Origin: Bacteroidota bacterium
GTDB lineage: Bacteria; Bacteroidota; Ignavibacteria; Kryptoniales; JAKASW01
DNA: 64,000 nt
NCBI GenBank assembly: GCA_021812985.1
Contig: JAKAMG010000012.1
Coordinates: 15,521-79,520 of the forward strand
Direction of reading: 5' to 3'
The notes beneath the pieces were generated by a model. It worked only from the letters and a program-made list of their open reading frames with translations. It was not told where the DNA came from and made no database searches. Shown here one piece after another: positions 45,053-55,378 of the stretch; the stretch's first letter is position 1; the number at the start of each line of letters is the position of its first letter. The position numbers and the translations under genes were made by a program.

Positions 45053-45721
45053 TCAGGAGAAGAGGCCGGAAATGTCGACCTTCCGGCCATAGCTAATCTC
45101 GCTCGCGGAGGCGAGGCGTTCGACCTCCTCCCGGGTCAGTTCCCTGGCACCTCCGAGCTGGCGAAGCAAGAAAGTTATCTTAGCCGTATGTTCCACTTTC
45201 TCCATCTTGTTGTAGGCTTCCTCCAGGCTTCCGCCGTACGTAACAACGCCATGATTAGCCAGGAGGACAGCGTCATACTTGCGCACATATGGTTCAAGCG
45301 ACGCCACGACCTCGGGGGTGGAAGGGGTGGCATAGTCCGCAAGCGGTATTTTCCCGAGCGACACGATGACCTCCGGAAACACGAGACCGTCAAGAGGAAT
45401 GCGGGCTGCGGCGAACGCGGTAGCAAAGGGAGGATGCGCGTGAACGACAGCTTTCACGTCATCCCTGGCGCCGTATATGAAACTATGCATCGCAAATTCA
45501 GTGGACGGCTTTCCGACCCCCTCGAGGAGTCCGCCGTCCATGCCGACGACAATCAGCTCATCGGCCACGACATCAGCCTTGTTCTTTCCGCTTGGAGTAA
45601 CCAAAACCCTCCCGTCAGCGAGCCTTGCGCTCACGTTTCCGTCAGTGGCAGCGACGAAATCATGTTCAGCAAGCCTTCTGCAGGCCTTTATCAGAGCTTC
45701 TTTCTGTTCCACAGTATTCAT
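45053..45721 (-). CDS. class II aldolase/adducin-family protein
   Basis: ATDGNVSAR, ELIVVGMDG, STEFAMHSFIY and VVHAHPPFATAFA (His metal ligands). Confidence 0.85.
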   Translation of the reverse strand: MNTVEQKEALIKACRRLAEHDFVAATDGNVSARLADGRVLVTPSGKNKADVVADELIVVGMDGGLLEGVGKPSTEFAMHSFIYGARDDVKAVVHAHPPFATAFAAARIPLDGLVFPEVIVSLGKIPLADYATPSTPEVVASLEPYVRKYDAVLLANHGVVTYGGSLEEAYNKMEKVEHTAKITFLLRQLGGARELTREEVERLASASEISYGRKVDISGLFS

Positions 45722-45737
45722 GTGTCCTCGCCCCTGG

Positions 45738-46226
45738 TCACCTTAGGAGAGGGAGAGTTGACTTCCAGATCCTGTTTTCCTCAGCCGGCGCTCCTCCGTT
45801 CAACGTCGCCTTCCGAAACTCTCTTATCACCTGGCCGATCTTGTTTTGGCCTATCTGCGCGTTCTGGAGGCGAACGATCAGTATCGCGTCGATGATTGGG
45901 ACTGACAGGTTCTTCTGGTCGACGTAGAATGAATCGAGGCCGTCTCGGATCTGCCCCACGTTCATTCCAATGAAAGCATCGTTATAATCGACGGCGTCCT
46001 CCCTTAATCGCGCGTGCTGCGACCAGAACACCGACATGTTATATAGCCCGTCTACGTAGAAAGTCTTCCGAGTCACCGTTTCCGCCTGAGTTCCGACGTT
46101 GAGGTTTTGCCAAGTCACGCCGTTCTGCGAACCGATCGGCGCTTCCTGACAATACGCCCTTCTGGTGCCAACCGAAAGCAAAACGAGGAGCAAGAGAACG
46201 CGGGTCTCACTTTTTCCGAGATTCAT
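45738..46226 (-). CDS. hypothetical secreted protein
   Basis: The ORF maximum 46265 is trimmed to Met14, which gives MNLGKSETRVLLLLVLLSVG. No family recognised. Confidence 0.45.
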   Translation of the reverse strand: MNLGKSETRVLLLLVLLSVGTRRAYCQEAPIGSQNGVTWQNLNVGTQAETVTRKTFYVDGLYNMSVFWSQHARLREDAVDYNDAFIGMNVGQIRDGLDSFYVDQKNLSVPIIDAILIVRLQNAQIGQNKIGQVIREFRKATLNGGAPAEENRIWKSTLPLLR

Positions 46227-46271
46227 TGTTTTGTCTCCGAAATTTCCAATTTGTTTAAAGTTCATTACAAG

Positions 46272-47315
46272 CTACTTTCCAAATTCAAGGTCGTCCCATT
46301 TGGACGCGGAATCGAGCGCCATCAGCATCGTACGAAAGTCGTCGAAGGCCTTTTCAAACGTGCTGACCGGCTCCCTTTTGTTGACAATGCAATCATGAAA
46401 ATCCTCAAACTCACCCCGGTATCCCATGTCCTGGTCCAGCACCTCTTCGATCTCACTCCGATCTTTGCGCTTCAGGACGATCCTCCCCATTTCGACAACG
46501 AGGGAGCCAGCTGTTCCGAGCACGAGTAGCCGGTTCCGCTCCACTCCCTGTGCGCTGAAATACGCGTTGAAGACACCGTTGACTCCGCTTTCAAAAACGA
46601 ACTGGAATGTCATGGAGTCCATCTTTCCTATTTCAGGATTGACGCTTCGCGTGGCGGCAATTCCCCGTTTAATTTCGCCGAACAAGTCGCGCAGTGCAGC
46701 GATGTAGTGCACGCCTGCGTCCATCACAAAACCGCCTGGGTAACGATGGTTGATTCGCCATTCGGTCTTGGTGTACTTGTTGTCACGGTCGTTAGTCGTC
46801 ATCAGGTCCCAGAAAACGGAATAGGGGGTCCCAATCCGACCTGCTTCAATGATCTCTCTGACCTTTTTGAAGGTAGGACTGTAACGGAAGTTTTCAGCGA
46901 CCATCATTACCAGTTCGAAGCGCTCCGGAAAAGTCAGCATTAATTCAGCATCTGACAGACTCGCTGCTATCGGCTTTTCGAGCATGACGTGTTTTCCGGC
47001 TTCAAGCGAATCGAGCGTCACCTTAAAGTTGAGATGGATAGGGAGGACGATGTCGACCGCGTCCACATCACTTCTTGAGAGCAGATCGTGGTAATCGAGA
47101 CACCAGGGAACATTTCCCGCGAGTTCCGAAAATTCCCTCGCCTTCTTCTCGGTGTGGTTGCAAACGCAAGTGATCTCAAACTTGTCCCTCAGACTGTTCA
47201 ACGCGGGAAGATGAAGATCTCTCGCGGCTATGCCCGTTCCTATTATTCCCAGTCTTGCCTTCACGCGCTGCTTCCTTGTTTGGTCATGCAATTTAGTAAA
47301 ATCAGTTCGGCACAA
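46272..47315 (-). CDS. Gfo/Idh/MocA-family NAD(P)-dependent oxidoreductase
   Basis: Rossmann motif RLGIIGTGIAARDLHLPAL, then VMLEKPIA. The exact start is uncertain. Confidence 0.85.
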   Translation of the reverse strand: MCRTDFTKLHDQTRKQRVKARLGIIGTGIAARDLHLPALNSLRDKFEITCVCNHTEKKAREFSELAGNVPWCLDYHDLLSRSDVDAVDIVLPIHLNFKVTLDSLEAGKHVMLEKPIAASLSDAELMLTFPERFELVMMVAENFRYSPTFKKVREIIEAGRIGTPYSVFWDLMTTNDRDNKYTKTEWRINHRYPGGFVMDAGVHYIAALRDLFGEIKRGIAATRSVNPEIGKMDSMTFQFVFESGVNGVFNAYFSAQGVERNRLLVLGTAGSLVVEMGRIVLKRKDRSEIEEVLDQDMGYRGEFEDFHDCIVNKREPVSTFEKAFDDFRTMLMALDSASKWDDLEFGK

Positions 47316-47441
47316 ACAAGATTTTGGCGGGAAGAGATAACGGGCCAGGGAGCCTGGCTTTTGCCGTAGCGATATAATAGGCGGTCAAGTTATATTAACA
47401 CTGACCCCGACGCGAGCGTAAAAATCAAAGGAGAGGAAGAA

Positions 47442-47891
47442 ATGATAGTCGATAGCCTGAAAAATGCCGAAACTTACGTCGGCCTCCACCCGGCTTTCCG
47501 GGAGGCTTTTGAGTTCCTTAGGCAAGCCGATTTAAACGCTCTCGAAGATGGGATTCAGGAGATTCACGGAAAGGATCTCTATGTGTCTTTCCAGAAGGCT
47601 CAGGGAAAGGATGCCGCCTGCGCGCTGCTGGAGGCGCACAGAAAGTACATCGATATACAGTTTCTGATGGAAGGTAATGAGCAGACCGGTTGGAAGCCGC
47701 GCGAGGCGTGCGCCGAGGTCGCCAAGACTTACGATGCCGACAAGGATATTGAATTCTTCGCCGACCCTCCGCAGTCATTCATCAGGCTGAATCCTGGGAC
47801 GTTCACGATCTTCTTCCCCGGCGACGCACACGCTCCGATGGTTTCGACCGGCATCATCCACAAGTGCGTGGTGAAAGTCCGGATCGGCTGA
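47442..47891 (+). CDS. YhcH/YjgK/YiaL-family (DUF386) cupin protein
   Basis: MIVDSLKNAETYVGLHPAFREAFEFL, EAHRKYIDIQFLMEGNE and FTIFFPGDAHAP. Confidence 0.85.
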   Translation: MIVDSLKNAETYVGLHPAFREAFEFLRQADLNALEDGIQEIHGKDLYVSFQKAQGKDAACALLEAHRKYIDIQFLMEGNEQTGWKPREACAEVAKTYDADKDIEFFADPPQSFIRLNPGTFTIFFPGDAHAPMVSTGIIHKCVVKVRIG

Positions 47892-47898
47892 AGACTTT

Positions 47899-49896
47899 TC
47901 ACTTTCCTTCGCTGAACAGCATGCCCGCGGGTATCTCTTCCCTTGGTATGCCTGGTCCCTCTATATAAGCGCCGAAGGTCATTCCTCCTCCTCTCTGGAA
48001 GAAGGAGACCTTTATCCTGTGGTACCCTTCGCTCAGGAAGACCCGCCCTGATCTTTCAGTGGGGGCGTGAAGCCCGTCGTTGCTTACCACAAGTCTTCCG
48101 TCGATGTAAAGGCTTGAGCCGTCATCAGAATTAACGAAGAATGTGTATGCGCCTTCAGCAGGGACCTTCACGTACCCCTCGTATTCCACGGCAAAGTTCT
48201 CTCCCGAATTCCCGCCGGGTATGGCTATGGCCGGAAGCATCCCGGTTGACTTCGGGACGATGAGACTGAAGTTCGGGAGGAAATTCCACACTCCCTCATA
48301 ATACCTGAAGTTCAAACCGGGCCTCGGATTCTTTGGTTCAATAGGCGCAGGCGGCTGAAGTTTGCCCTTCACTGCGAGGACGACCACTGACATAGGAGGC
48401 ATCTTCACGTCTAGCATCTCTCCCGACAAGCTGAAGCCCGAGAAGGTGTGCGGAACGACGATGTTCGGATTGTCAAATGTATTGTGAGCGGTCATGCTGT
48501 CAGCTGTCAGGATCTCGCCGGTCACGTCGGAGATCAGGAAGCTCTTCGCGACGATTGCGATACTCTCGGGGGAGTCGGGATCAATGTTGCACAAAGAGAT
48601 GTGCACAGTGCCGAGGCTGTCGATGGAGGCGGAGCAGTTGATGGCCGGGAGCGTGTCTCCTTCGAAGATATACGGAGCACTATTTACGTTCACGGGAATC
48701 ATCATGCCGCTCTGGTGCACTTTAAAAATGTCGAAGACGTAATAGGTAGGAGTACATACCATCTTGGGACCGTCCGTCAGTATCATTGACTGGAGTACGT
48801 TCACAGTCTGGGCGATGTTCGCCATTCGGACACGGTCGCAATTGTTGTTGAATATGTTCAGGTTGCACGCGGCGGCCACGGCGTCTCTCAAGGTGTTCTG
48901 CTGATAGAGGAATGCAGGGTTGGTGCCCGGCTCGACATTGTACCATGTTCCCCACTCGTCCACCACGAGCGCAACGCGCTTACCCGGATCGTACCTGTCC
49001 AATATCTCTGAATTCTTCCTGATGTACTCGTCCATCCTGAGCGTCTTTTTCATTATGTCGAACCAGCCGCTCTCGGTGAAATCTATCGCGGTCCTTTCGT
49101 TCGCGAATGAATAATAATGGAGCGCGATTCCGTCCACGTAACTCCCGGCATCTCTCATAACGATGCTCGTCCAGCTATAGTCATCCCCGGAAGGGCCACA
49201 GGCTATTTTGAACGGACGGTTCTCGCCGTAGGTCCTCATGAAATTACCGTATCGTCTGGCTAGGTCGGCGTAATACTCGGGGTTCATGTTTCCTCCGCAT
49301 CCCCAGCTCTCGTTACCGAGCCCCCAATACTTCACCCCCCACGATTTATCGCGGCCGTTCTTTCGGCGGAGCTCTGTCAACGGACTTACGTTGTCCGAGT
49401 TAACATACTCGACCCATTGAGAAAGCTCCTGCACGCTGCCACTACCGAGGTTGCCCGTTATATAAGGCGCGCACCCAACGAGTCTGCAGAATTCCAGGAA
49501 TTCGCTCGTGCCGAAGCTGTTGTCCTCAGTGACGCCGCCCCAGTTAGTGTTGATCATCCTTGGCCTTTCGTCGCGCGGACCGATACCGTCCTTCCAGTGA
49601 TACTCGTCGGCAAAGCACCCGCCCGGCCAGCGGACTATCGGAACGTTGATCTTCCTTAACGCATTCACGACATCCTTCCGAATACCGCCAACGTTCGGTA
49701 TTGAGGAGTTGGGGCCGACCCAGATCCCCCCATAAACACCGCGCCCAAGATGCTCTGAGAATTGACCGTAGATATTCTTGTCAATTTCATATGTAATTTC
49801 GGATGCGTCAAGGGTTACCCGGTTGACTACCTGCTGCGCTGGCGAGAAGCGGACCAGTAACCCGAGAAGAAGCATCGATAACACAGCCCTCCGCAC
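47899..49896 (-). CDS. GH51 alpha-L-arabinofuranosidase with a C-terminal PA14 domain
   Basis: Signal peptide. [34 protein letters not shown], and [14 protein letters not shown] (acid/base). The C-terminal PA14 domain reads [13 protein letters not shown]...[37 protein letters not shown]. Confidence 0.85.
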   Translation of the reverse strand: MRRAVLSMLLLGLLVRFSPAQQVVNRVTLDASEITYEIDKNIYGQFSEHLGRGVYGGIWVGPNSSIPNVGGIRKDVVNALRKINVPIVRWPGGCFADEYHWKDGIGPRDERPRMINTNWGGVTEDNSFGTSEFLEFCRLVGCAPYITGNLGSGSVQELSQWVEYVNSDNVSPLTELRRKNGRDKSWGVKYWGLGNESWGCGGNMNPEYYADLARRYGNFMRTYGENRPFKIACGPSGDDYSWTSIVMRDAGSYVDGIALHYYSFANERTAIDFTESGWFDIMKKTLRMDEYIRKNSEILDRYDPGKRVALVVDEWGTWYNVEPGTNPAFLYQQNTLRDAVAAACNLNIFNNNCDRVRMANIAQTVNVLQSMILTDGPKMVCTPTYYVFDIFKVHQSGMMIPVNVNSAPYIFEGDTLPAINCSASIDSLGTVHISLCNIDPDSPESIAIVAKSFLISDVTGEILTADSMTAHNTFDNPNIVVPHTFSGFSLSGEMLDVKMPPMSVVVLAVKGKLQPPAPIEPKNPRPGLNFRYYEGVWNFLPNFSLIVPKSTGMLPAIAIPGGNSGENFAVEYEGYVKVPAEGAYTFFVNSDDGSSLYIDGRLVVSNDGLHAPTERSGRVFLSEGYHRIKVSFFQRGGGMTFGAYIEGPGIPREEIPAGMLFSEGK

Positions 49897-50001
49897 GACA
49901 CACCTCCTGTAGCTAAGACGAGTACGCCTTCATTCATGCGCTTCGCCCCGTATGACTAGGAGTGAGCAGAATGCCCGAGAGACCGCCTTCCACCTTTTAA
50001 T

Positions 50002-50787
50002 TCACGGAACGAAACGAGTCCACATATCTGTAAAGGAATCGGGATCCGAGACGTAGGAGAATATATCAGGATTTGTCTCAAAAGTCGCGTAGAGCGACTT
50101 GCCGGGCAAAACACCAAACTGAGAATAGTCCCCGGGCTTCTTCCGCTGAAGTTCGCTTTTGCCGTACCTGCTGTTAGGGAACCAATCGATTTCTCCGTCA
50201 TCGCCGATGACAGGGAACCAGGCTAACCCGCCGCGGGCGCGGACCGAATCATAGTCAAAGGCATAATCCCGGTCGCATAACGCGCAAAGAGTTAAGTTTC
50301 TATGCGTATCCGTGCTGATCGCCGCGTGCGCCCATCCGGGAGGAACGATAACGACGTCTCCCTGATTTGCCTCAACCGCATAACAGATACCCGGTGTGTC
50401 ATCGACATTCTCCTGCAGGAGTATGCACGCTCTCCCGGCCCAGATTTCGTAAATTTCCGGTGACACGAGTTTGTTCCCTCTTGCTCGCCTGTGGATGTGC
50501 CCCTGGCTTCTTACCGCTTCGCGCCCAAGTGTGCCAGCAGCATATGTGACGACTCCGAAAAGAAGATGCTTCGCCCCGAGGATTTCTCGATGCTTTTCCT
50601 TCCCTAAATCCATCGCGATCGCGTAGACAGGATCTGGTCCGGTGCAATCGGGATCGAGGAGGCTTCGTCTAATTGACTCCAGCGAACGGTACTCGACAGC
50701 CGGGCCGAAGACACCTTTACCGTATTGGAAGCCGAGAGGCTCGTTCGTCCATCCCACCTCCACTCCGGGATCGAAATGCATCTTCAT
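50002..50787 (-). CDS. cupin-type glucose-6-phosphate isomerase family protein
   Basis: SQGHIH...EIYEIWAGRACILLQ...GDVVIVPPGWAHAAIS line up, from memory, with the archaeal cupin PGI motifs TKGHFH and VPPYWAHR. Confidence 0.6.
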   Translation of the reverse strand: MKMHFDPGVEVGWTNEPLGFQYGKGVFGPAVEYRSLESIRRSLLDPDCTGPDPVYAIAMDLGKEKHREILGAKHLLFGVVTYAAGTLGREAVRSQGHIHRRARGNKLVSPEIYEIWAGRACILLQENVDDTPGICYAVEANQGDVVIVPPGWAHAAISTDTHRNLTLCALCDRDYAFDYDSVRARGGLAWFPVIGDDGEIDWFPNSRYGKSELQRKKPGDYSQFGVLPGKSLYATFETNPDIFSYVSDPDSFTDMWTRFVP

Positions 50788-50863
50788 TCAAACACCGCTG
50801 ACAGGGAAGTATCGGCGCGCTGTCCCTTCTTCACATCATACATCTTTCGCCTGCCTTTGCCGC

Positions 50864-52204
50864 CTATTCCTTTCGGAGCAGAATAGTCTCCAACTCTTCG
50901 AGGCTCTTCCCTTTCGTTTCGGGAAGTCTGAATATCACATAGAAAAGGAGGAGCAGACACATTACTCCGAAGAGGGCGAAGGCCGCGCCGCCGCCGAGCC
51001 TGTCCAGAATCACGGGAAAAGTGAGAGAGACGATGAAAGTGAATGTCCAAAGAGTGAGGATCGCCACTGACATCGCCTTGCTTCTGAGACGGTTCGGAAA
51101 GATCTCAGCAATGACAACCCAGGCAACCGGTCCGATCGAGACGGCGAAAGAAGCGATGAAGATCAGAATGAATACGAGAATAAGGTAGCCTTCGAAGTGT
51201 TCCATGAAGAATGCGCCAGCGATGACAGCGAGAGAAACCACCATGCCCACCGCGCCGATGATCAGAAGCGGCTTGCGCCCCCACCTGTCGATAAGCCTGA
51301 GCGACACAATCGTGAAGGTTAGGTTCACCGCACCAACGGCGACTGTCTGCATGAGAGCAGAGCTCGTGCCGTTTCCCATCTTCTGGAAAATTATCGGAGC
51401 GTAATACATAATTGAATTTATTCCGGTCATCTGCTGAAATATCGCGAGGAGCATTCCGATAGTTAAAAGCGGGCGGATCTCCCTGGAGAAGACCTCGCGA
51501 TAGGTACCGATCTCCTCTTTGGCCAGGCTTCTTTCTATTTCGGCAAGCTCGGACCTGGCTTTCTCCATGCCGTTTATTCGCGCGAGTACGCTGAGCGCCT
51601 CGTCAGTCTTATGCTTCTGCACCAGCCATCTTGGGCTTTCCGGGACGAAGAGCAGCGAACCAAAGAAGAAGAGCGCTGGAAGCCCCATGACGGAGAGCAT
51701 CCATCTCCAGTTATCGGCACCGGTTCCGGCGAGAAGATAGTTCGAAAAGAACGCGATGAGTATCCCGATTACGATGGCAAGTTGATTAAGTGAAACGAGC
51801 GCGCCTCGCCTCTCGCCGGGAGCGATCTCGGAGATGTACATCGGCGAAAGCATGGAGGCCGTCCCTACTGCTATCCCGCCGAAGAAGCGGAATGCTATGA
51901 ACACTGCCAGCCTCTCGGCAAGCGCGGATCCTGCGGCCGAGATGAAGAAGGCCAATGCGGCGGCGCGCAGGGTGTTGCGCCGTCCGAAACGATCCCCGGG
52001 CTTCCCCGAAATTGCAACCCCCACTATGCATCCTATAAGGAGACTGCTCACCGTCCAGCCAAGCCCCACATCATTGAGATGGAAATATGGCTGTATGAAA
52101 GGGGTTGTACCGGATATCACGGCTGTGTCAAATCCGAAGAGAAGCCCCCCGAGCGCCGCAACGACAGACGCGAGAACTAGAAACGCATTATTTCTTTCCT
52201 TCAT
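50864..52204 (-). CDS. MFS sugar porter (xylose/arabinose-proton symporter type)
   Basis: GKPGDRFGRRNTL, PESPRWL and PETKGKSLEELE are sugar-porter signatures. 12 TM segments. Confidence 0.9.
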   Translation of the reverse strand: MKERNNAFLVLASVVAALGGLLFGFDTAVISGTTPFIQPYFHLNDVGLGWTVSSLLIGCIVGVAISGKPGDRFGRRNTLRAAALAFFISAAGSALAERLAVFIAFRFFGGIAVGTASMLSPMYISEIAPGERRGALVSLNQLAIVIGILIAFFSNYLLAGTGADNWRWMLSVMGLPALFFFGSLLFVPESPRWLVQKHKTDEALSVLARINGMEKARSELAEIERSLAKEEIGTYREVFSREIRPLLTIGMLLAIFQQMTGINSIMYYAPIIFQKMGNGTSSALMQTVAVGAVNLTFTIVSLRLIDRWGRKPLLIIGAVGMVVSLAVIAGAFFMEHFEGYLILVFILIFIASFAVSIGPVAWVVIAEIFPNRLRSKAMSVAILTLWTFTFIVSLTFPVILDRLGGGAAFALFGVMCLLLLFYVIFRLPETKGKSLEELETILLRKE

Positions 52205-52219
52205 TCCTGCTCCCTTGGT

Positions 52220-53992
52220 TTATTCAAGATCATGGTTGTTTAGCCTCCGAACGTACGCCTTGATGGTGGCACAGATCTTCCCAGCGCTTCGGCCATATGG
52301 CCTGACTATGTATTCCCCGACAGACGCGGGGACAATAAACGTCTCGGCGTAGTGCACTACGAACGGCGTGAAACTGTCGGACGGGCTCTCTACGATAGCT
52401 TCTTCTCCCTCGACGAGATTGAGGACGTTGACGCTTCCGCTGGTCGCGTGCCGCACCGGCACCTTGAACCAATGGCGCCGCGTTTCGATGAACTCAAATT
52501 CGTGCAGCCCTGTCCGCTCTTCCTTCCAGCCCGCCCCCTCTGCAACAGTTTCGATCCGGTTGACGAGATTCTCCCTTGTCCAGGCCGTGGTCCGATTCCA
52601 CTGTATCACGTTCTTTCCGTGTTCGATGTTTATCGGACGCGGTCTTCCGTCGAGCCCCAGTCTCCCCCAGTCCCAGAGCTTGAAAGTGAATATGTACGGC
52701 GTCGCACTGATCTCAAGGACCATGCTGTCCTTTCCGGAGCAGTGGACAGTGCCGGCCGGGATCAGGAAATGGTCATGTTTCCTGACCGGCCATGCCTGCA
52801 CATGCTCGTCAGCGTCGAACATCGTCCCGTTGCTCTGCGAGCTTTGCAGATCGCGAAGCATATCTTCCGGCTTGACACCGTCCTTCAGGCCCAGGTAGAC
52901 AACCGCTCCGGGGCGTGCGTCCATCATGTAATAACTCTCGTCCTGGGTATACGTCACGCCGAACTTTTCCTGAATGTACTCCGTCAACGGGTGAACCTGA
53001 AGGCTGAGATTGCCGCCGTCGAACGTGTCGAGGTAGTCGAATCGGATTGGGAACTCATCGCCGAAACGCTGAAAGACTTCATCTCCGAGAAGCCGCTGCG
53101 GATCGAGGAAGACGGCGTTTATCGAGGGGACCTCTACGATTGTCTCCCCAAACTTCAGGAGAAGGCTGTTCTCCTCAGGGACACAATTGAAACACCACGC
53201 GTAGTTCTTTACATCAGGATCCAGCCCAAGGTGCTCTTTCATCCATTGACCGCCCCAGGGGCCCGGGTCAAAGAAAGGAACGACGCTAAACGGGCGTGAA
53301 AGCGTTTGCCTGAGCCCTTCGAGCACACCGTTCCCTTCAACCATCTTTGGGCGTGTTCTGTCGTTGGTGTCCAGCACAAAATCCCATCTTTTCATGAGCT
53401 TCTTCTTATGTCGGTCGCAGACTCTCCAGTCGACGAAGTATCCCTGTTTGTAGAGGAGCATCCAGTCATCAATATCCCTGTTGCTGACTCCGACGTTGTC
53501 AACCAGATGTTCCCTCATGCGAAGCTGGATTTCCCACCTCGCCATGTCCGCGTATACGAGAACGTCCGGCTCCTCGACAATGCAGGCCGCGCCGGTTCCG
53601 ATGACGAGGACAATGCCGTTGTGCACCGAATCGATCTTCTTCCTAGCCCCTTCCAATAACTGGGGATCAAAGAAGTCATCAAGCTCCAGAGAAGTCATGA
53701 AACCGAAAAGCCTGTCATCGGTGACGTCAGGGTACACCATCTCTTTCACCTTCTCTTCCGACCACATGCTGTCCTTGGAAAGTATGACCAGCTCCGGATC
53801 AAGGAGAGTGCTTAGGGCAAGGGTGGTTTCCTCTTCGAGAACTCCCTGATAATATTCGACGGCGACGATCGTCTTATGTCTCCCTATTTCAGACACGCGT
53901 CCGATGATCTTTCTTGAGATCTCTTCCCAGCCTTCTGATACGGTGTATTCGCCTTTTATTTCTACGAACGGATATCTGTTGAAATTGCTCAT
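52220..53992 (-). CDS. class I phosphomannose-isomerase-like cupin protein with a long N-terminal extension (590 aa)
   Basis: FFDPGPWGGQWMKEHLGL and EFPIRFDYLDTFDGGNLSLQVHPLTEY parallel the ManA motifs (compare LPFLLKVLSAAKALSIQLHPNK in 59657..60886). The first ~230 aa are unassigned. Confidence 0.55.
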   Translation of the reverse strand: MSNFNRYPFVEIKGEYTVSEGWEEISRKIIGRVSEIGRHKTIVAVEYYQGVLEEETTLALSTLLDPELVILSKDSMWSEEKVKEMVYPDVTDDRLFGFMTSLELDDFFDPQLLEGARKKIDSVHNGIVLVIGTGAACIVEEPDVLVYADMARWEIQLRMREHLVDNVGVSNRDIDDWMLLYKQGYFVDWRVCDRHKKKLMKRWDFVLDTNDRTRPKMVEGNGVLEGLRQTLSRPFSVVPFFDPGPWGGQWMKEHLGLDPDVKNYAWCFNCVPEENSLLLKFGETIVEVPSINAVFLDPQRLLGDEVFQRFGDEFPIRFDYLDTFDGGNLSLQVHPLTEYIQEKFGVTYTQDESYYMMDARPGAVVYLGLKDGVKPEDMLRDLQSSQSNGTMFDADEHVQAWPVRKHDHFLIPAGTVHCSGKDSMVLEISATPYIFTFKLWDWGRLGLDGRPRPINIEHGKNVIQWNRTTAWTRENLVNRIETVAEGAGWKEERTGLHEFEFIETRRHWFKVPVRHATSGSVNVLNLVEGEEAIVESPSDSFTPFVVHYAETFIVPASVGEYIVRPYGRSAGKICATIKAYVRRLNNHDLE

Positions 53993-54169
53993 CGTTTTGA
54001 GGTACCTTCGTTTCTCTCGTGAATTTCAGCCTATCGAATTAATGCCCGATCACATTCAAGCGATCGACGAAGCAGGGACACAAATGCACTCAAGGCTCTT
54101 CATCCAGTACTCTTTTCAAGTTTGCGCGTCCCAGGTTACGCATTCGATCAGGTTGTCCCCCGCACGGTA

Positions 54170-55183
54170 TTAAATGGAATTCCGGATGATCATCGAAAAC
54201 GGATTGTCCAGGCTTTTCTTCTCCCCGTCGATTAACATCCGTGCAATTTCCCTACCCATGCGGGCGAAGTCCGTGGATATTGTCGTGATGCCCCTGTCGA
54301 TTACTTCCTTGAGAGGTGATTCATTGTAGGATATCACTCCGATATCTGTGCCGAGCTTCAATCCCTCCTCCGCGGCCTTCTTGACGAGCGTGATCAAATC
54401 CCGATCATCTACAACCACGTATGAGTAGCCAGGCTCGATGTCAAGGTTCGTGGCGTCATTTTCAACTAGCAGGTCGACAGAATGTTCAGTGCAAAATCTT
54501 CTCAGCCCGGCGACAATTTCACCGTAATGGCCTCGCTGGTGCCGTATGAGCATTACAAGTTTCGAGTAGCGGCTGACAAGGGCGAAGTTGTCCGCAAAGA
54601 CGCCGCATATGTCTTCCTCGAAGTTTTGATATACGCCCGGATAGACTCCAGCAAAGCGAGTACGCCCCTGGTCGAGGATGTATATTCTCTCCTGGTCGAT
54701 AAGTTTTAGCGAGCGAAGCGCATCATCGTCGGCGATGGGCATTATGACATAGTCGGTGAACTGACCCACCGATGTCGCGATCAGGTTCCTGAATACCTTC
54801 GGGTTGTTGTTGTGGAAGAATATCTGTTCAGACCCCTTCCCCTTCAGCGCGCCCTTCAACGACTCATACAGAGTCTCCTTGTAAGCCGTCAGCTTATCGA
54901 AGAGGAGGAACACGTTATGTTTTGTCTCAACCCTATCGTTGAGAACGTAATAGCCCTTCCCGACCGTGGAGGTAATTATGCCGCGCGTCTTGAGCTCGCT
55001 GTAGGCGTATAGCACGGTGTCCTGAGAGAGGCCGTGCTCCCTGCAAAGTTCATTGAGTGAAGGGATCCTGTCGCCTCGCCGCAGCTCACCTTTCTTCAGA
55101 AGTCCCTCGATGGAGCTTATGATCTGGCGGTACTTCGGGACAGACGATTCATCGGCCAGCTCTATTCTTATACCGCTTTTCAT
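54170..55183 (-). CDS. GntR-family HTH regulator fused to a LacI/periplasmic-binding-protein-like sugar-binding domain
   Basis: VPKYRQIISSIEGLLKKGELRRGDRIPSLNELCREHGLSQDTVLYAYSELKTRGII (GntR winged helix), followed by about 250 aa of a PBP type 1-like fold. Confidence 0.8.
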   Translation of the reverse strand: MKSGIRIELADESSVPKYRQIISSIEGLLKKGELRRGDRIPSLNELCREHGLSQDTVLYAYSELKTRGIITSTVGKGYYVLNDRVETKHNVFLLFDKLTAYKETLYESLKGALKGKGSEQIFFHNNNPKVFRNLIATSVGQFTDYVIMPIADDDALRSLKLIDQERIYILDQGRTRFAGVYPGVYQNFEEDICGVFADNFALVSRYSKLVMLIRHQRGHYGEIVAGLRRFCTEHSVDLLVENDATNLDIEPGYSYVVVDDRDLITLVKKAAEEGLKLGTDIGVISYNESPLKEVIDRGITTISTDFARMGREIARMLIDGEKKSLDNPFSMIIRNSI

Positions 55184-55266
55184 GATCGTACCTCTGGGTA
55201 GTTCTGGGTATGATTATAGCAAGTTTTTGACCGCGGTGCAACAGTAGAGAAATTAGGCCATCCGTC

Positions 55267-55306
55267 CCAAGAGCCCAGAAATTGGCGGAATCCGGCCAAT
55301 TCTTGG
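55267..55306 (-). terminator. imperfect long hairpin between GH31 and the regulator gene
   Basis: Inner 7-bp stem AATTGGC (55280-55286) / GCCAATT (55295-55301) and outer CCAAG/CTTGG. There is no clear U-tract. Confidence 0.35.
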
Positions 55307-55378
55307 CCCCTAAAGGTCACCACAAGATGTTTTACAGGACTTCGAAACTCGGTTCGTGAAGAATGAAGGCGGTCTCCT

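Noticed and set aside
52352-53299. A 315-aa plus-strand ORF, the longest unassigned ORF in the track.
   Set aside because: It is entirely antisense to the PMI-like gene, which has clear family motifs. Its translation is Arg/Pro/Leu-rich with no motifs, as expected for the reverse frame of a GC-rich coding region.
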